From contig OX597816.1 of NCBI GenBank assembly GCA_951406725.2, positions 120,900,001 through 120,964,000 on the forward strand: DNA of 64,000 nt, given 5' to 3'. Below are positions 1 to 13,293 of this stretch, piece after piece (the first letter of the stretch is position 1; every line of letters begins with the position of its first letter). The stretch is from Octopus vulgaris. Its lineage: Eukaryota. A program made the translations under genes and the position numbers. The notes beneath the pieces are model-generated. The model saw nothing but the letters and a program-made list of their open reading frames with translations, was not told the DNA's origin and did not search any database.

Positions 1-764
1 AATGTGGCACAAACAAATGCTCATACCTAATGTTTGGCAGCGTGACCATGCTAATAATAACATTTACTAAGTTATGAAAAAATGTAGCTACAGCATGAAG
101 TTTTTCTTCTTCAAGAAGCATAATCATCAGTCACTAAAGTTAGACAAGTTTATACAGAACATTTTATCTCCAGCCCACACTATCAGTTATTTTGTTCTGT
201 TTTCTAAGATCTGAAGATCTGATCTAACAGCTACATATCAAATGTTCCTTGAACTACCTCTGCCCCATCAATCCTCTACTACCACCTCACACATTTTTAT
301 ATTGGCTTTTTTTTTATTACCCACTCTATATCCACTTGTATTTGATCTGCCAAGGTAGCACAGATATTATCTTTTTATATGCATCAATCAATTACTCTAT
401 TTCTCAGTCTCATAAAAAAGAAAACTGTTTCAAAAATTCCTTCCACAGTTTCAAACAACTCTAATGAATCACCTACCGTGATACTGTACTGTGATTGCAG
501 TGTTGTTAACTATAAAGTTGGCACTAGTGTTTATAATATTCATTGGAATCTATATATTGGTTCTCTTTCCCAACATTAGTATTAAAGAGTACTAGTTATC
601 TTGCATACACATTTTGTGAATTCAGCTCATGAAGGAACTACCTATTTATCTTTCAAACCAATTGATATAATATATAAAAAGTATTAAAATCAATGATTAC
701 AGAATTTAGAAAAAAAAAGTATACATGAAACTTGTATGATTATATGAACAGGAAAATATGTTCA

Positions 765-986
765 ACTTTTTAGCATATAAACTGACCATATCTGGCCAAA
801 ATATTCTACTTGCTTTATGTTCAGTTTGGCCAGATCTGGCTCACACCTACTCTTGAATGTCATTATAAACACAAACAATCACATCATTGTAATCTTAAGG
901 CTATAAGATAATGCAGGATAAATTCAAAACAATGGGAATAATTTAGCATTACATTTCACTGTGTAATCTGAATGCTAAAATGTTAA
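765..986. mobile_element. ~225-bp MITE with ttaaccctttagcatt-like termini (TTAA-type, piggyBac-like); further copies near 22533-22745, 40352-40531, 46781-46977 and 63802-64000
   Basis: Terminal inverted repeats (ttttagcat...atgctaaaatgttaa) and a shared internal sequence (ctggccagatctggc, tcacacctac, gtcattctaaaaataaacaatcacatcatt) recur in all copies. Confidence 0.65.
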
Positions 987-2273
987 TTATTTTATAAAAA
1001 TATGCAACAGCTTATACAAAAAGTGACCACTTATTTTCATGTTTCCAGAAATAGAAACTAATTTAATAATGTCTACTTATATATTGCTTTCATTAGCAAA
1101 TGTGCTAATATTTATGAGTTTTTTTGTTGAGAAACAATTGCTAATTGTATTTTATAATTTTTAACTACAAAAAAGTTTATTCTACCTTTCAATTGACAAT
1201 AGTATTGCTAAGGTAATGTTCAAATCCAATAAAGAGAGATTGGTATATTCATCATCAACATTATAATCATTGTTTAACATCTGGTCTCCATGCTCACATA
1301 GGTTGGACAGTTTGACATGGAGCTGGCTAGCAGGGAGCTGTCTGGCCTCCAACTGTCTTTTGTGGCATGGTTTCCTCAGCTGGATGCCCTTCTTGATATC
1401 AGTATTGACTATGAAAATTAAAGATCCTTAAAAGTTTAGGATTGACATGATTTTAACTGAAATCTTGAAAGGTCTATTACAAATCCTCATATATTTTAAG
1501 TGCATTGGTTTCCATTATGTCTGATAAAGTTTCAAATCATAGTAGTACTCATTTATCATTTTTTTATTTTGTTTTATTGGTTTTCAACAAATTGATTTCT
1601 GTTGTATGAAGAAAATTCAATTTTTTTCGAAATGTTCAGTAATTTCACCAAACAAAATTTATAATCATGTCCATTTTAACTCGTTTTAAACTTTCTTACT
1701 GGATGTTTTTCACTACTCTTTGTTGTTACTGTTGTTGTCATCATTGTTGTCATCATCATCATCCTCGTCCTCCATACCCCACCCTCCTCTGCATCATCAT
1801 CATCATTTGTTTTCTGCTAGTTCTCTTTTCTCTTCAATATTTTGACAGAGTTGGTAAGAAGCTTTAAAGAATGACTCATTATACAATATCTGGGAATAAA
1901 AGTCTTCAACAACTTACTAGCTGTCAAAGCTATGCCACCATTTCCACTGTTACTCTAAAGGATCTACATCACAAGGTTATTCAACAGGTCATGCCACTTT
2001 TAAATGTGGGAGTACCGGAACTATAAATCCTTCAACACAACACACAAGACTTGTGCTTGACAACTCTGTTGATTCTCATAATTCTTGTCTAAGTTTCTCA
2101 TGCATTGTCACACACTTCTCCATTTAAATAATATATGGAAGGTCACAGTACATTAATATACTAATCTTAATGAACTTTTGAAAATGTTTTTGTAACAGCC
2201 AAGAGGAAATATGTTTCTTGAGAAACTACCAACTTCATTTTAACATTTTAGCATTCATATTACTCTGTTAAAT

Positions 2274-3584
2274 AGGGTCTTTTCTGTTGGTGTCATGGTT
2301 TTTGAAGTTTTAAAATAAAGTGAAAATTTTGAAATTTTATATATTGATGCAATTTTCTAAGTTGATTCTGATGTTTATATTCACTGGTTCCAGAAAAAAT
2401 TTTTAAAAATATTACAGAGGTTTAAAGTTTGATAATTTTTACAAATACAAAAAACAATATTTGAAAGCTGGTATTTTGTGTGTAACAGTTATTAAGCACA
2501 ACAGTACAACAACAAACTTTTATTAAACAAAGTGAAAGCAATATATTATCATGACGAAAGTTATAATAGGTTTTGTAGTTTTAATAAGTTTTAATGAATT
2601 AAGTCATGTAGAACATTGGAACAGGCAATGTGAAAAGGAAAAATCCCCCAAGAAAAAAAAAAACCATGTTAAATTACAAAAAACACAAACTATATATTAT
2701 ACTACTCTAATTCAGTTCATATTAACAATTTATGCATATTTTGTAGTGAAAATTCAAAAACGAAAATTTGAGATATACTCTAGGACTTTCTCATCAAATA
2801 AATTATAATTTTCGTATCTCCTGCACCACATAAGCTCACAGAGATACAAGCCAACCATAGCGTGGTGGACTCCACAATGTTGCTTATTTGCTCATTTTAC
2901 ACTGGCCTGTGTGCTGTTTTTTACTTGTTAGGAGGTAATAAGCTCAACGCTTTGGTTCATTGTTCTATGCTGAAAATAATAACCATCAATTTCGGGAATG
3001 TGAGAGTAGGCCCACCTGCAAGTTACTGAAAACTGTGATTCCAGGAAGAATCGAATAATGTATGCATTCCTCTAGTGTGTTGTGCTTCTGGCATGGTAAT
3101 ACATAAAGAAAAAATACCTGCCTGATCCTGTGATACACTCCTCTGAAAACCCACTGTTGTATTTAAATCTTGTGAAGACTGTTTTTGTTTATCTCAACAA
3201 TCTTCTGAGCAGGTCCTCTGCACATATTTCTGGAACATCGTTGTAATCACTCCCAGTTCTTCAACACAAAACAACAAAAATGGGGTAATAAAAATGTTCA
3301 GCAAATAGGCACTTGTCTAAGAAAATAGACAGATAAAGACAATATATGTGGTTATTGTAGTTTCAGCAGACTCTGTAACTTGTTACGATGGAAAGAGGCA
3401 GTAATATGTCTGTGACTTTCAATTGGCTAAAATTACCTGCAATTTTCAAACTTTAGAAGCTATCAACTTTTTATTTATCATCTTGTGGCAAGAATGAGTT
3501 TCATTTCCATAATTAGCATACAAAAGTACACCAAATTTGAAAACAATCGTAACAAAATTTTAAAAATCAAAAACTGTGACAGCA
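2274..3584. mobile_element. Old DNA-transposon remnant nested inside a copy of the TTAA-type MITE (MITE halves 2240-2273 and ~3585-3778)
   Basis: The MITE consensus ...ttactctgttaaat|gtaatgctta... is split here. Left end ggtgtcatggtttttga is the inverted match of right end tcaaaaactgtgacagc. Confidence 0.55.
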
Positions 3585-4334
3585 AATGTAATGCTTAGTT
3601 ATTCACATTATTTAAAATTAAACAGGCATTATCTTGTAGCTTTCAAGTGTCTGATGATGTGATCATTTATTTTTAGAATGACATTGTAGGGTAGGTGTGA
3701 GAGGCAAGATATGGTAGGTTTGAACATTAAACAAGTTGAATATTTTGGCTAGATATGACTGGTTTAAATGCTAAAGGATCATGAAACCTTGTTTGTTTCT
3801 TAATCTCTTTCATACCACAAACTGCCTGAGACTACCCTTGATTTTATGATAAAAACTCCATGTTTTAAAGTCATTAAAATTACAATCTTGCATCAAAATT
3901 TTATGTTAATTTATATGCTAAACTTGAAATTAATAATGGTAAAACTATTTTACTAAATTCTTCATTATTTTCAAAATTGATTGAAACAAAAGCAGTATGT
4001 TTCTTTGGAAATATGGTAACAAAAAGGGTTAAACCATTCTTGTGAAACTGATTGTCTTAGCCAATTATTTCAGTAGTCAATCACAGTTTTGGTTAACTTA
4101 ATTACTTGTTTACATATCTGTTAGCCCAGTTTCCCCTATTAAGTAAAGTGGCTTGGTTGCGGTGAGGTGAAGAAATTGTCACTGCATTTAATAAAATTAG
4201 GATGGTTTCAAACTTTTTTTTTTTGTTTTTGTCCAACATGATGATGATGAAGAAAGAAGAATTATGTGGATGTGGATTTTATTTTTTTTTTTAATAATGG
4301 GAGGAGCAAAAATTTTACTAATACTGGAAGGGTG

Positions 4335-4550
4335 TTAAGATAGCAAACTGACAGAATCATTAGCACACCAAGCTAAAGGCTTAGCAGTATTTTGTTTATT
4401 TTTACTTTCTGAGTTCAAATTTTGCCACAGTCACCTTTGCCTTTCATCCATTTGGCATTGATAAAATAAGTACCAGTTGAGTATTGGGGTCAATGTAATC
4501 AACTTACCCACCAAACAACTGGCCTTGTGCCAAAATTTGAAACCAATATT
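4335..4550 (+). mobile_element. tRNA-derived SINE, family B (Deu/Nin-like core), degenerate
   Basis: B box gagttcaaatt and core gcctttcatcc...gataaaataagtacc, shared with copies at 27006, 47178 and 63433. Confidence 0.7.
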
Positions 4551-4580
4551 GGGAAGGTGTTATGATTGAGACTGAGGGTG

Positions 4581-4611
<31 letters not shown>

Positions 4612-4954
4612 GCTTGTGTGTGTGTATGTGTTTGTGTGTGTGTGTGTGTGTGTGTTCTCTTGTTCTCTCTCCTGCTTTCTTCATCCTCCTTACTCATAGG
4701 TATATTTTGCTGTTTAGCTCTTTTAGTTCTGACTGTGCAGGCCTATGAGCAAAGGCATTCCACTCATGCCCACCTAACAACCTTTTTCTCAGGTATTGTT
4801 CAGGTAAAGATATCCAAATGACTGTTCAAAATGTTTTCATTTTCAGTATATTACATATTTTCTACATTATGTCTTTGTTTTATTAATCTTTATTTCATGT
4901 TGCTACAATTTCACTTTCTTGGATTACTATTGAATAGCCATCATGTTAGTCAGT

Positions 4955-5280
4955 GAAAGTGCATGACTCAGTGGCTAGAGTGTCAGGCTCACAATCATGA
5001 GGTAGTGAGTTCAATTCCTGGAATGAGCTATGTGTTGTGTTCTTGAGCAAGACACTATATTTCACACTGATCCAGTTCACTCATCTGTAAAAATGAGTTG
5101 CAACATCACTGGTGCCAAGCTGTATATCAGTCTTTGCCTTTCCTTTGGATGACATCAGTGGCATGAAGAGAAGAGGTTGGTATGCATGTGTAACTACTGG
5201 ACAACCTTGCCTAGACCTTTGCTTCAGAGAGGAACTTTCTAGGTGCAATCCCATGGTCATTCATGTCCAATGGGGGTCTC
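4955..5280 (+). mobile_element. tRNA-derived SINE (family C); related minus-strand copies near 9100-9395, 22750-22988, 29810-30132 and 62385-62580
   Basis: A box tgactcagtgg and B box gagttcaattcc, followed by tgtgttcttgagcaagacact. Confidence 0.65.
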
Positions 5281-5293
5281 TTATAGTCTAGTC

Positions 5294-5566
5294 CAGTGGT
5301 TCCCAAACCTTTTCAGGCTGGTGCCCCCTCGGTACAGAGGCCACATTCCTAGTGCCCCCACACCACCACCACCACCACAAATGTAGACCACTTTCTGCAG
5401 CAAATTTAAAATAAGTGTATTTCACAAATAAAACTTAACCTAATTAACCTATTATTTTGTTATTTTTACATCCATTGCCCCCTTTTGGCCACCCCATTAT
5501 CACACCACTGGATTTTTAACCACCCCCAAGGGAGTGGTTTGGTACCACCCACTTTGGGAACTACTG
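5294..5566. mobile_element. hAT-type MITE
   Basis: TIRs cagtggttcccaaac / ctttgggaactactg; flanking 8-mers gtctagtc and gtcttgcc (6/8 match) fit a degenerate 8-bp TSD. Confidence 0.75.
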
Positions 5567-6095
5567 GTCTTGCCTAACATTTAACTACTAACCATCAACC
5601 CTCTTAGGACACCCAGCCCAAGTGATACAAGCTGAAAGGACTTTGAGCTGATCAATCGACTTGATGAAACAAACGTTGTGAATGGTTAGTTTTGAAGTGT
5701 AATAGCCAATCAGAGATCATCTTACAGTACATATTTTTGTGTTTTTTCACAGAAGCATTTATGCTTAGATGTATTGTACTGTTCATAAGCTTTCATAAAA
5801 TTTATGGCTTTACATACTTATAAAGGATAAAGTTTTAGGCACTTTATCCTTTGTTTTCTACATGCACCCACCAGTTCCAATCTCAACAGAAAAAAAGCTT
5901 TGGTCTTTTTGACTACACATACCGAAACACCATGTATCTCAAGAGAGTTAAGCAAGATTTCCATTTTTATCAAAAGATTCCAATTTAAGTTTGTTTCTGA
6001 AGCAGTAATGTTCTCTAGTCCTTATTGAGATATCTGCTACCAATGTTATCTCATCAGAGGTCTAATACAATGTTGTTTTTTTTTTTGTATTTCAG

Positions 6096-6328
6096 GAGCA
6101 AAGAGGCTGGTTGAGCATTTATATAAGCACAATATTCCAATGGCTATTGCTTCTGGTAGTGGTAAAGAGAAATTTAAGTGGAAGACCGTGAAGCATCAAG
6201 AGCTAATGAATATGTTCCATCATTTTGTCCTTTCTAGTGATGATCCTGAGGTGAAGCACAGTAAACCAGCCCCAGACTGCTTTCAAGTGTGTGCTAAACG
6301 CTTTCCAGATCAACCATCTCCTGAAAAG
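6096..6328 (+). CDS. HDHD1: Internal coding exon of a pseudouridine-5'-phosphatase (HDHD1/PUDP/GS1-like HAD hydrolase)
   Basis: Acceptor ttttttgtatttcag precedes 6096 (phase 1); donor AAG|gtaaat at 6329 (phase 0). Translates (G)AKRLVEHLYKHNIPMAIASGSGKEKFKWKTVKHQELMNMFHHFVLSSDDPEVKHSKPAPDCFQVCAKRFPDQPSPEK, matching the HDHD1 pattern ...HGIPFALATSS...DDPEVQHGKPDPDIFLACAKRF (HAD motifs II and III). Confidence 0.92.
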
Positions 6329-7110
6329 GTAAATTATGCTAATAAAAGATATAGATCTATAAGTTATATATTTTATTGATATTAGTTATTGTCTATTATA
6401 TAAAATTTGTTCTGTTTCTCTGTCTGTATGTGCCTTAATCCTCCATCTGATTGCACTCAAATTTGATATGTACATACTGATGGTATCAGGGCGTGTATAA
6501 GTCTTGAAAAAATTACAAAAATCAATTCCAGGTGAGAATGTGATCAGTAAAGCCATGGGAACGTGCATTTGTATGTGCAAGTACATCAGCTGTTGCGATG
6601 TACGCAAGAAAAATGCACTTGCAGTTTGCACAAAAATATCATGCTTTACCTCCAGCTAACCCATTTGCATGCATCGTTTTTGTCCTGCTTTTCTTCCATC
6701 AATCTGTGCATAACTGCACCTTTCATTTTTTGTTGTTTTTGTACTGCTTAAAGGCACGTTTATTTCCTGCCAAGATTACTGTTTAAACCATGTTTGTGTT
6801 CTCCCAGTCAACAACCTTATCCTTACTGGTACTTTAAACTCTTCGGTTGCATATTTGTGTGAATAAAATCGTTTTTCTTTGGAATAGAAAAAAAGTCTAT
6901 CTATATTTCTTCTTTTGCTGGTGTCTCAAATTTAGGTTAAATCAGTGTTTCTCAAAGGAGAGGCCTATGGGACTGTCGGACAAGTTGTTTTGAGAAAATT
7001 TGGTTTAAATGTTTGACAACTCAGCACCATCTATTGGACGGGGGGAGGGTTGCTTGTGCATTTATATATATATATACATACATATGTGTGCGTGTGTGTG
7101 TTTGTGCATA

Positions 7111-7832
7111 AAAGAAGCATTAGTTATAGAACAAACATTAAATTTGGGTCAATGACTTTACAATACCACCCCTCAAACATTTAATCATATATAAAAAACA
7201 CCATGGTCTATAAACACATAAAAAAAACAATACATATACATAAAATCACAGAAGGTAAAAATATATATTCTAATAAAATACAAATTTAAAAGTTAAATAT
7301 AACGACTAAAAATTCAAAACTACCAGAAAGCCTAATGGACAAATATAAAATAAATAAAATAAAATAAGTGCCCACTGGCTAAAAAGATTTTATCAGATGA
7401 TTAAAAGATTTTTTTAAAATTATTAAAAAAAATTTTTTTCTAATTTTTGAAAAAGTCTTTCAAATATTAAAAAAAAAATTTTTTTCATAATTTAAAAAAA
7501 ATATTTTAATTATCTGATAAAATCTTTTTAGCCAGTAGACACTTATTTTATTTTATTTTTATTTTTATCTTTATTTATTTTATATTTGTCCATTAGGGTT
7601 TCTGGTAGTTTTGAAGTTTCAGTTGTTATATTTAACTTTTGATAAGCTGTTCTATTTGTATTTTATTAGAATATATTTTTTTACCTTCTGTAATTTTATG
7701 TATATGTATTATTTTTTTTATGTGTTCGTAGACCATGGTAATTTTTATATATGATTAAATGTTTGAGGAGTGGTGTTGTATGTAAATTTGTTGACCCAAA
7801 TCTAATATTTGTTCTATAACCAATGCTTCTTT
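7111..7832. repeat. ~720-bp imperfect palindrome (foldback) centred near 7455
   Basis: aaagaagcattagttatagaacaaa...ctggctaaaaagattttatcaga is the reverse complement of tctgataaaatctttttagccag...tttgttctataaccaatgcttcttt; flanked by (TA)/(TG) repeats. Confidence 0.9.
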
Positions 7833-8384
7833 ATCTTTGTCTCATTTATATTTGAGCACTTCTTTTGCAGTCCTATAAACTTTTTTGTTTCTATAATAAG
7901 AGACAAATATTATTTCTTGTTATATGTATATATATGTGTGTTTGTGTGTGTGTGTATATGGCTGTGTGGTAAGAAGTTTGCCTCTGAACTACATGGTTCT
8001 GAGTTCAGTTCCACTGCGTGACACTGTGAGTAAATGTCTCTGGGCTGGAAAAAAACCTTTTGAATGGATTTGCCAGACAGAAACTGAAGCCCATTGAGTG
8101 TATGTGTGTGTGCGTGCGTGCATGCACATAGTGTGTGTGTGTGTATTCATATATATATATATGTGCATGTGTGTTCTTGTGTCCCCTTGTCCTGACATAA
8201 TGCGATAGTTGTAATATTTTCAGTATTATGAGAGAACATATATGGTCATGGGGAAATATTACTTTGCCTGGAAACAAGCAGTGGTTAGCAACATGATGAG
8301 CAACCAGCTTTTACAAAAAGCCTATGTCAGATAAACTCTGTCCAATCCATACAATCATGAAAAAGTGGATGTTAAATGATGATG

Positions 8385-8427
<43 letters not shown>

Positions 8428-8429
<2 letters not shown>

Positions 8430-8925
8430 TAGTTTTAGAGACAGAACCACCTTCAACTCAATCAACACTGAAAGATTTTATACTCGACCACTCCAGAAAA
8501 TGTTAAATATTAAATCTTATACTAACTATATCTATTCTGAATCCCGTATTTTCCGTTTATAAGACTACATGTGTTTCATGAAAGTACGTCAGTATTGATT
8601 AGATGCAAGGTATCTAGTTTCAATACTTAATTGGGCCAACATACTCCCAATCTTCAGGTCTGGATTCCTCAACATTTTTCACTACCCCTACCTCTTATAT
8701 ACCTGGGAGTATGTCGACCCAATTAAGTATTGAAACTAGATACCTTGTATCTAATCAATACCAACATACTTTCATGAAATACATGTAGTCTTATAAATGG
8801 AAAATATGGGATTCAGAATAGATATAGTTAGTATAAGATTTAATATTTAACATTTTATGGAGTGGTCAGGTATAAAATCTTTCAGTGTTGATTGAGTTGA
8901 AGGTGGTTCTGTCTCTAAAACCACT
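8428..8925. repeat. Foldback element with ~220-bp arms (8428-8648 and 8705-8925) and a ~55-bp spacer, between (TA)n tracts
   Basis: The arms align by eye with about 13 differences, mostly CpG-type transitions (ttttagagacagaaccaccttcaactc... / ...gagttgaaggtggttctgtctctaaaa). Confidence 0.92.
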
Positions 8926-9026
8926 TTTATATATATGAATTAAACATTGAGAGATTTTCATTTTAGCACATCTAATTTGAATGTCTTTTTCCTGAGTACG
9001 CGGAAGTAATATTCCCTAATAATTAT

Positions 9027-9063
<37 letters not shown>

Positions 9064-10068
9064 ATAATAATATCATATGATAATAATAATCCATGGGGTA
9101 TGCTCAAGTGGGCACTCTGTCAGTTATGTGAACAAGTATTCTGGATGATCCAATCAATGGAACAGCCTGTTTATGAAATTAGCATGCAAATGGCTGAGCA
9201 CTCCATGGATATGCATACTCTTAACATAGTGACAAATGTGACAAAACTGGTCCTTTGAATCACAGGCACAGCCTATTTTTGCCAGCTGAGTGGACTAAAG
9301 CATCATAAAATAAAATGTTTTGCTCAAGGATACAATGCATCATCAGGAATTGAACTCACAACCTTACAATCTTGAGCCAAACACGCTAACCACTACACAG
9401 AACAGCGAGAATTCAAACAATAACGTTTCTATTTAATCTTAATACGGCAAATTCATCATTGTTGTTTTTTATCATTGGAGAATGCCTCTTCCCTTTAGAT
9501 GTGTGTTCATAACATGTATGATTCTCTGGTGTCGAGGTACTTTGAAATATTATAATGTTTTGACCTTAGTGTGTATCTCTTCAGTCAGAATGACAATTTA
9601 AGAAGAGTATGATCCCTTTGTTTATAGAAACCAGCAAACAAATTATTTGCTGATATGTGCTGATACCTGCCAAACAATAATGGAGTTGTGGTGGATGAGT
9701 GTCACTGTTCTGTAAGCACCCTATGAATTATTATTATAACATTGCATGTATTTTTAAAATGTTTAGTCAAATATAGAAAAGTATTGCAGATTATCCTTTA
9801 TTTTCTCAAGGCCCCTGAGACACTCAGTAGTGAGAAGGAAGTTATCCTCCAACTGGAGACCTGAACTGAATACTTGTAACAGTGTGAATTCCACTGAAAT
9901 GTATGCAAGGACCAGACAGTGGTGTTAAACCGAGTGACAGATTAATTCTACTGCTCATGCACTCAGACTGTAAACCGCTGAAACAAATACTGCAAGGCAT
10001 TGCATCTGATGCTTTAACAACCCTCTGGTCTATTTTATTTTATGATGAAAAGGCATAGTTGACCTTGT

Positions 10069-10370
10069 GGAGGCACATGGTCTAGTGGTTAGAGCAGCGG
10101 ACTCGTGGTTGAGGGATCGCGTGTTCGAATCTCAGACCGGGCAATGTGTGTGTTTATGAGCGAAACACCTAAGCTCCACGCAGCTCTGGCAGGAGGTAAT
10201 GGCGAAACTTCTGCTGACTCTTTCACCACATCTTTCTTTCACTCTTTCCTCCTGTATCTTGTAGCTCACCTGTGACGGACCGGCGTCCCATCCAGGTGGG
10301 GAACCTATACACCAAGGAAACCGGGAAACTGGCCCTATGAGCCAGGTGTGGCTCGAGAAGGAACAAACAT
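10069..10370 (+). mobile_element. tRNA(Arg-like)-derived SINE inserted into a family-B SINE
   Basis: Head tggtctagtggttagagcagcggactcgtggttgagggatcgcgtgttcgaatctc; flanked by a direct repeat catagttgaccttg (about 10055 and 10368) consistent with a TSD. Confidence 0.75.
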
Positions 10371-12447
10371 AGTTGACCTTGGTGAAATTTGAACTCAGAG
10401 CACAGAAAGCTAGAATATATATTGCAATGCACTTTACTCTATGTTCTTAACAACTCCACCAATTAGTTAATGATAAGATTATTTACTCATTATGCTATGA
10501 ACTTCAACTGATATCACAAATTCTGCTGCTTCAAACTTCATGACACATCTCAGCATGAATCAAAATTGTTATCATCGTCCAGTGATTCATTTCTCAGTAA
10601 TACCTTCAATATTTTAAACTTTCAATGTACATCATCATCATACATATATTTGTGTAACTAAACCACTTTGCAGCTTCCCTTTTGTTCATATATTCATGGC
10701 TTTTACTTGCAGCCAACTTGGCATTTTTCGACAGTGGGGCAGTCTCAATGTGACTGTTTGACCTACAAGACTTAGCAGCTAAATCTCTCTCAGATTACAC
10801 TCTGCCATCTTCCAAGAGAGGAAGAACATATTGAATTATGTAATCTGATAGAAATTGTCTGCAGACATGATGATCATGACTAGAATACTTTTGATCACAA
10901 GTCTGTGTGACAAAGGTTGGATATGAGGCTAAACAACCATAATGATCTTGACTTTTATAATGAGTCAGAGGATGAGATGTGGCAACTGTGATATTTAGAG
11001 GCCATTCCAGGCTAGTGAGATTGAGGTTGCTGATGTTCAGTTTAAACTTCTGGGTGGGGAGAAAATTCCAGTAGGGTGCAGTTCTATAAAGGAGGATTGG
11101 GCAATGTTGTTGGGGACTGAGGCACTGAAGAGGAGAAGAGAAAGTAGTGCTTCTGGTGGATTTTGTTGAAGATAGTACATAGTTAACAAATTGAGCAGAA
11201 CAGTGTTTGAAGAAGCATAAGAAGATAAAAGTTTGTATCTGTAGACCTGTGATTGCAGATTGTTTAAGAGTGAAACTAACTGGATAGCTTTTATTTTCTT
11301 ATGCTTTGGTTGCCATACCGGCTATATAACAATCTAGTTTCAAGTGAAGATTGGATACGTGTTGCTGTTGTTTTTTGTTTAGCCCCAGGTCAGTCCTGAT
11401 TGAACAAAACTATAGTCAAAGATGTTCTCAACCATATGGTCCTCAGTTCAGTCCTACTACATGACACCTTGGGCAAGTTTCTTCTGCTATAGCTCTATTA
11501 TAGCTCTGAGTCAACTTAGAACTTGTGAGTAAATTTGGTAGATGGGAACTGAGAGAAGCCTATCATATATGTGTGTATGTTTGTGTGTGTGTGTGTGTGT
11601 GCATGTGTGTGTGTGTTCTTTTGTTAGTGTGTGTATCCTTGTCTAAACATCATATGATGGTTTTAAGTAAGTGTCGTCATCATACAAGTGAAATTTTTCA
11701 TTTCCAGTTTTCTGTGAAAAGCATGCCTGGATTTGGGAAAGCAGGGGAGGATTGACAACAGGAAAGGCATGTGGCCATAGGAAAATCTGCCTCAACAAAC
11801 ACTGTCTGACCCATACAAACATGAAAAAGTGGATGTTAGTTGGTGATAAGGATGGTTGCAGTCGTAAATATAAAGTAACTAAGGCTAAAGTGATGAAAAC
11901 ATAGGCATATAACAGACACAGGCATGAGCAGATGTGAGCATGGCTATGTAGTAAGAAGTTTGCTTCTCAAATATATGGCATTGCGTTCAGTCTTACAGCA
12001 GGGCACCTTGGGCAAGTGTCCTCTACTATAGCCCCAGACTAACCAAAGCGTTTTGAATGGAATTAGTAGACAGAGACTGAAAGAAGCTTATTGTGTGTGT
12101 ATATACATGTGTGTGTTTGTGTTTGTCACCCATCACTGCTTGACATTCAGTATTGATTTGTTTATGTCCCTCTAACATAGCAGTTCAGCAGAAAGAGACT
12201 GATACAACAAGTACCAGTTATGGAATAAAATAAGTACTAGAGCTGATTTATTTGACTAAATCCTTCAAAGTGTTGTCCCAGCATGGTCACAATCCTTTGA
12301 CTGAAACAAATAAAAGACAAAAGATTGTAAGAAAGATAAGGAACTATTCTTGTTTTTTAGCTCCTAAATCTGCCCTGATCCAAGATGGTCCACCCATGAC
12401 CATACTGTCATAATGTGCTTTGAATACATTATCTAATGACACCTTTC

Positions 12448-12990
12448 TGATGATAAAGTGACATTTGAGGGAAATTTGACTGTTATTTCTTCAAGTCAAG
12501 TGATCACCGAAGAACCTATTGCTGATGATGTCTTTAACTCCAGGTAAAATCTGATCAAGTGGGTATATATAATTAAAGGCAATCCAGTTATGTCAATCCA
12601 GTCCTTTTTTTTTGTCTTTCATACTCCATTTGTCTTGGACTACATTAACCAATGTGTGCTTGTTGTTTAAAAACTGGAGATTTGGTTGCTATTTCTAGCA
12701 GGTCATGGTTTAATGACTCTTGTGATGATAAAGTGTCATTTGAGGGAAATTTGGCTGTTATATCTTCAAGTCAAATTATCGCCAAAGAACCTATTGCTGA
12801 TGATCTTTTCAACTTCTTGTAAAACCTGATCAGGCAAGCCTATAAAATTAAAGACAATCCAGTTATGACAATCCAATCCTTTCCAGTGGGGGGTTGTTTT
12901 TCTTTGGTACTCCCATTTATCTTGAACCACATCATCCAATGTGTTTGTTGTTTTAAGATTGGAGATTTGGTTGCTATTTCTAGCAGATCA
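12448..12990 (+). repeat. Local tandem duplication, period ~275 bp
   Basis: tgatgataaagtg(a/t)catttgagggaaatttg...aagaacctattgctgatgat...ggagatttggttgctatttctagcag occurs twice. Confidence 0.8.
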
Positions 12991-13251
12991 TGTGTCAGAA
13001 GATAGGCTGCTGTGAGCGGTGATGATGATGAAAATTATTATTGCTGTTGTTGTTGTTGTTGTTGTCAGTTTAATGACAGTGTAGTGTCATGCTGCAGGGT
13101 TTAACCTAGTTCATGACACCAAGGTAAGTTTCATGGGAGGCAGGGAGGGAAAGGTGAGAGGATGTTTGTCATCACCGCACCTCCTGCATATGCTCTGAAT
13201 GTAGGTAGGGAGGTCAGTATGTCTGTCTGTTTTTTTTTGTTTTTTTAGTGG

Positions 13252-13293
<42 letters not shown>

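Noticed and set aside
5648-5685. CTGATCA-atcgacttgat-GAAAC hammerhead-like string
   Set aside because: G8 is mutated, there is no valid NUH (GTG follows) and no stem I pairing.
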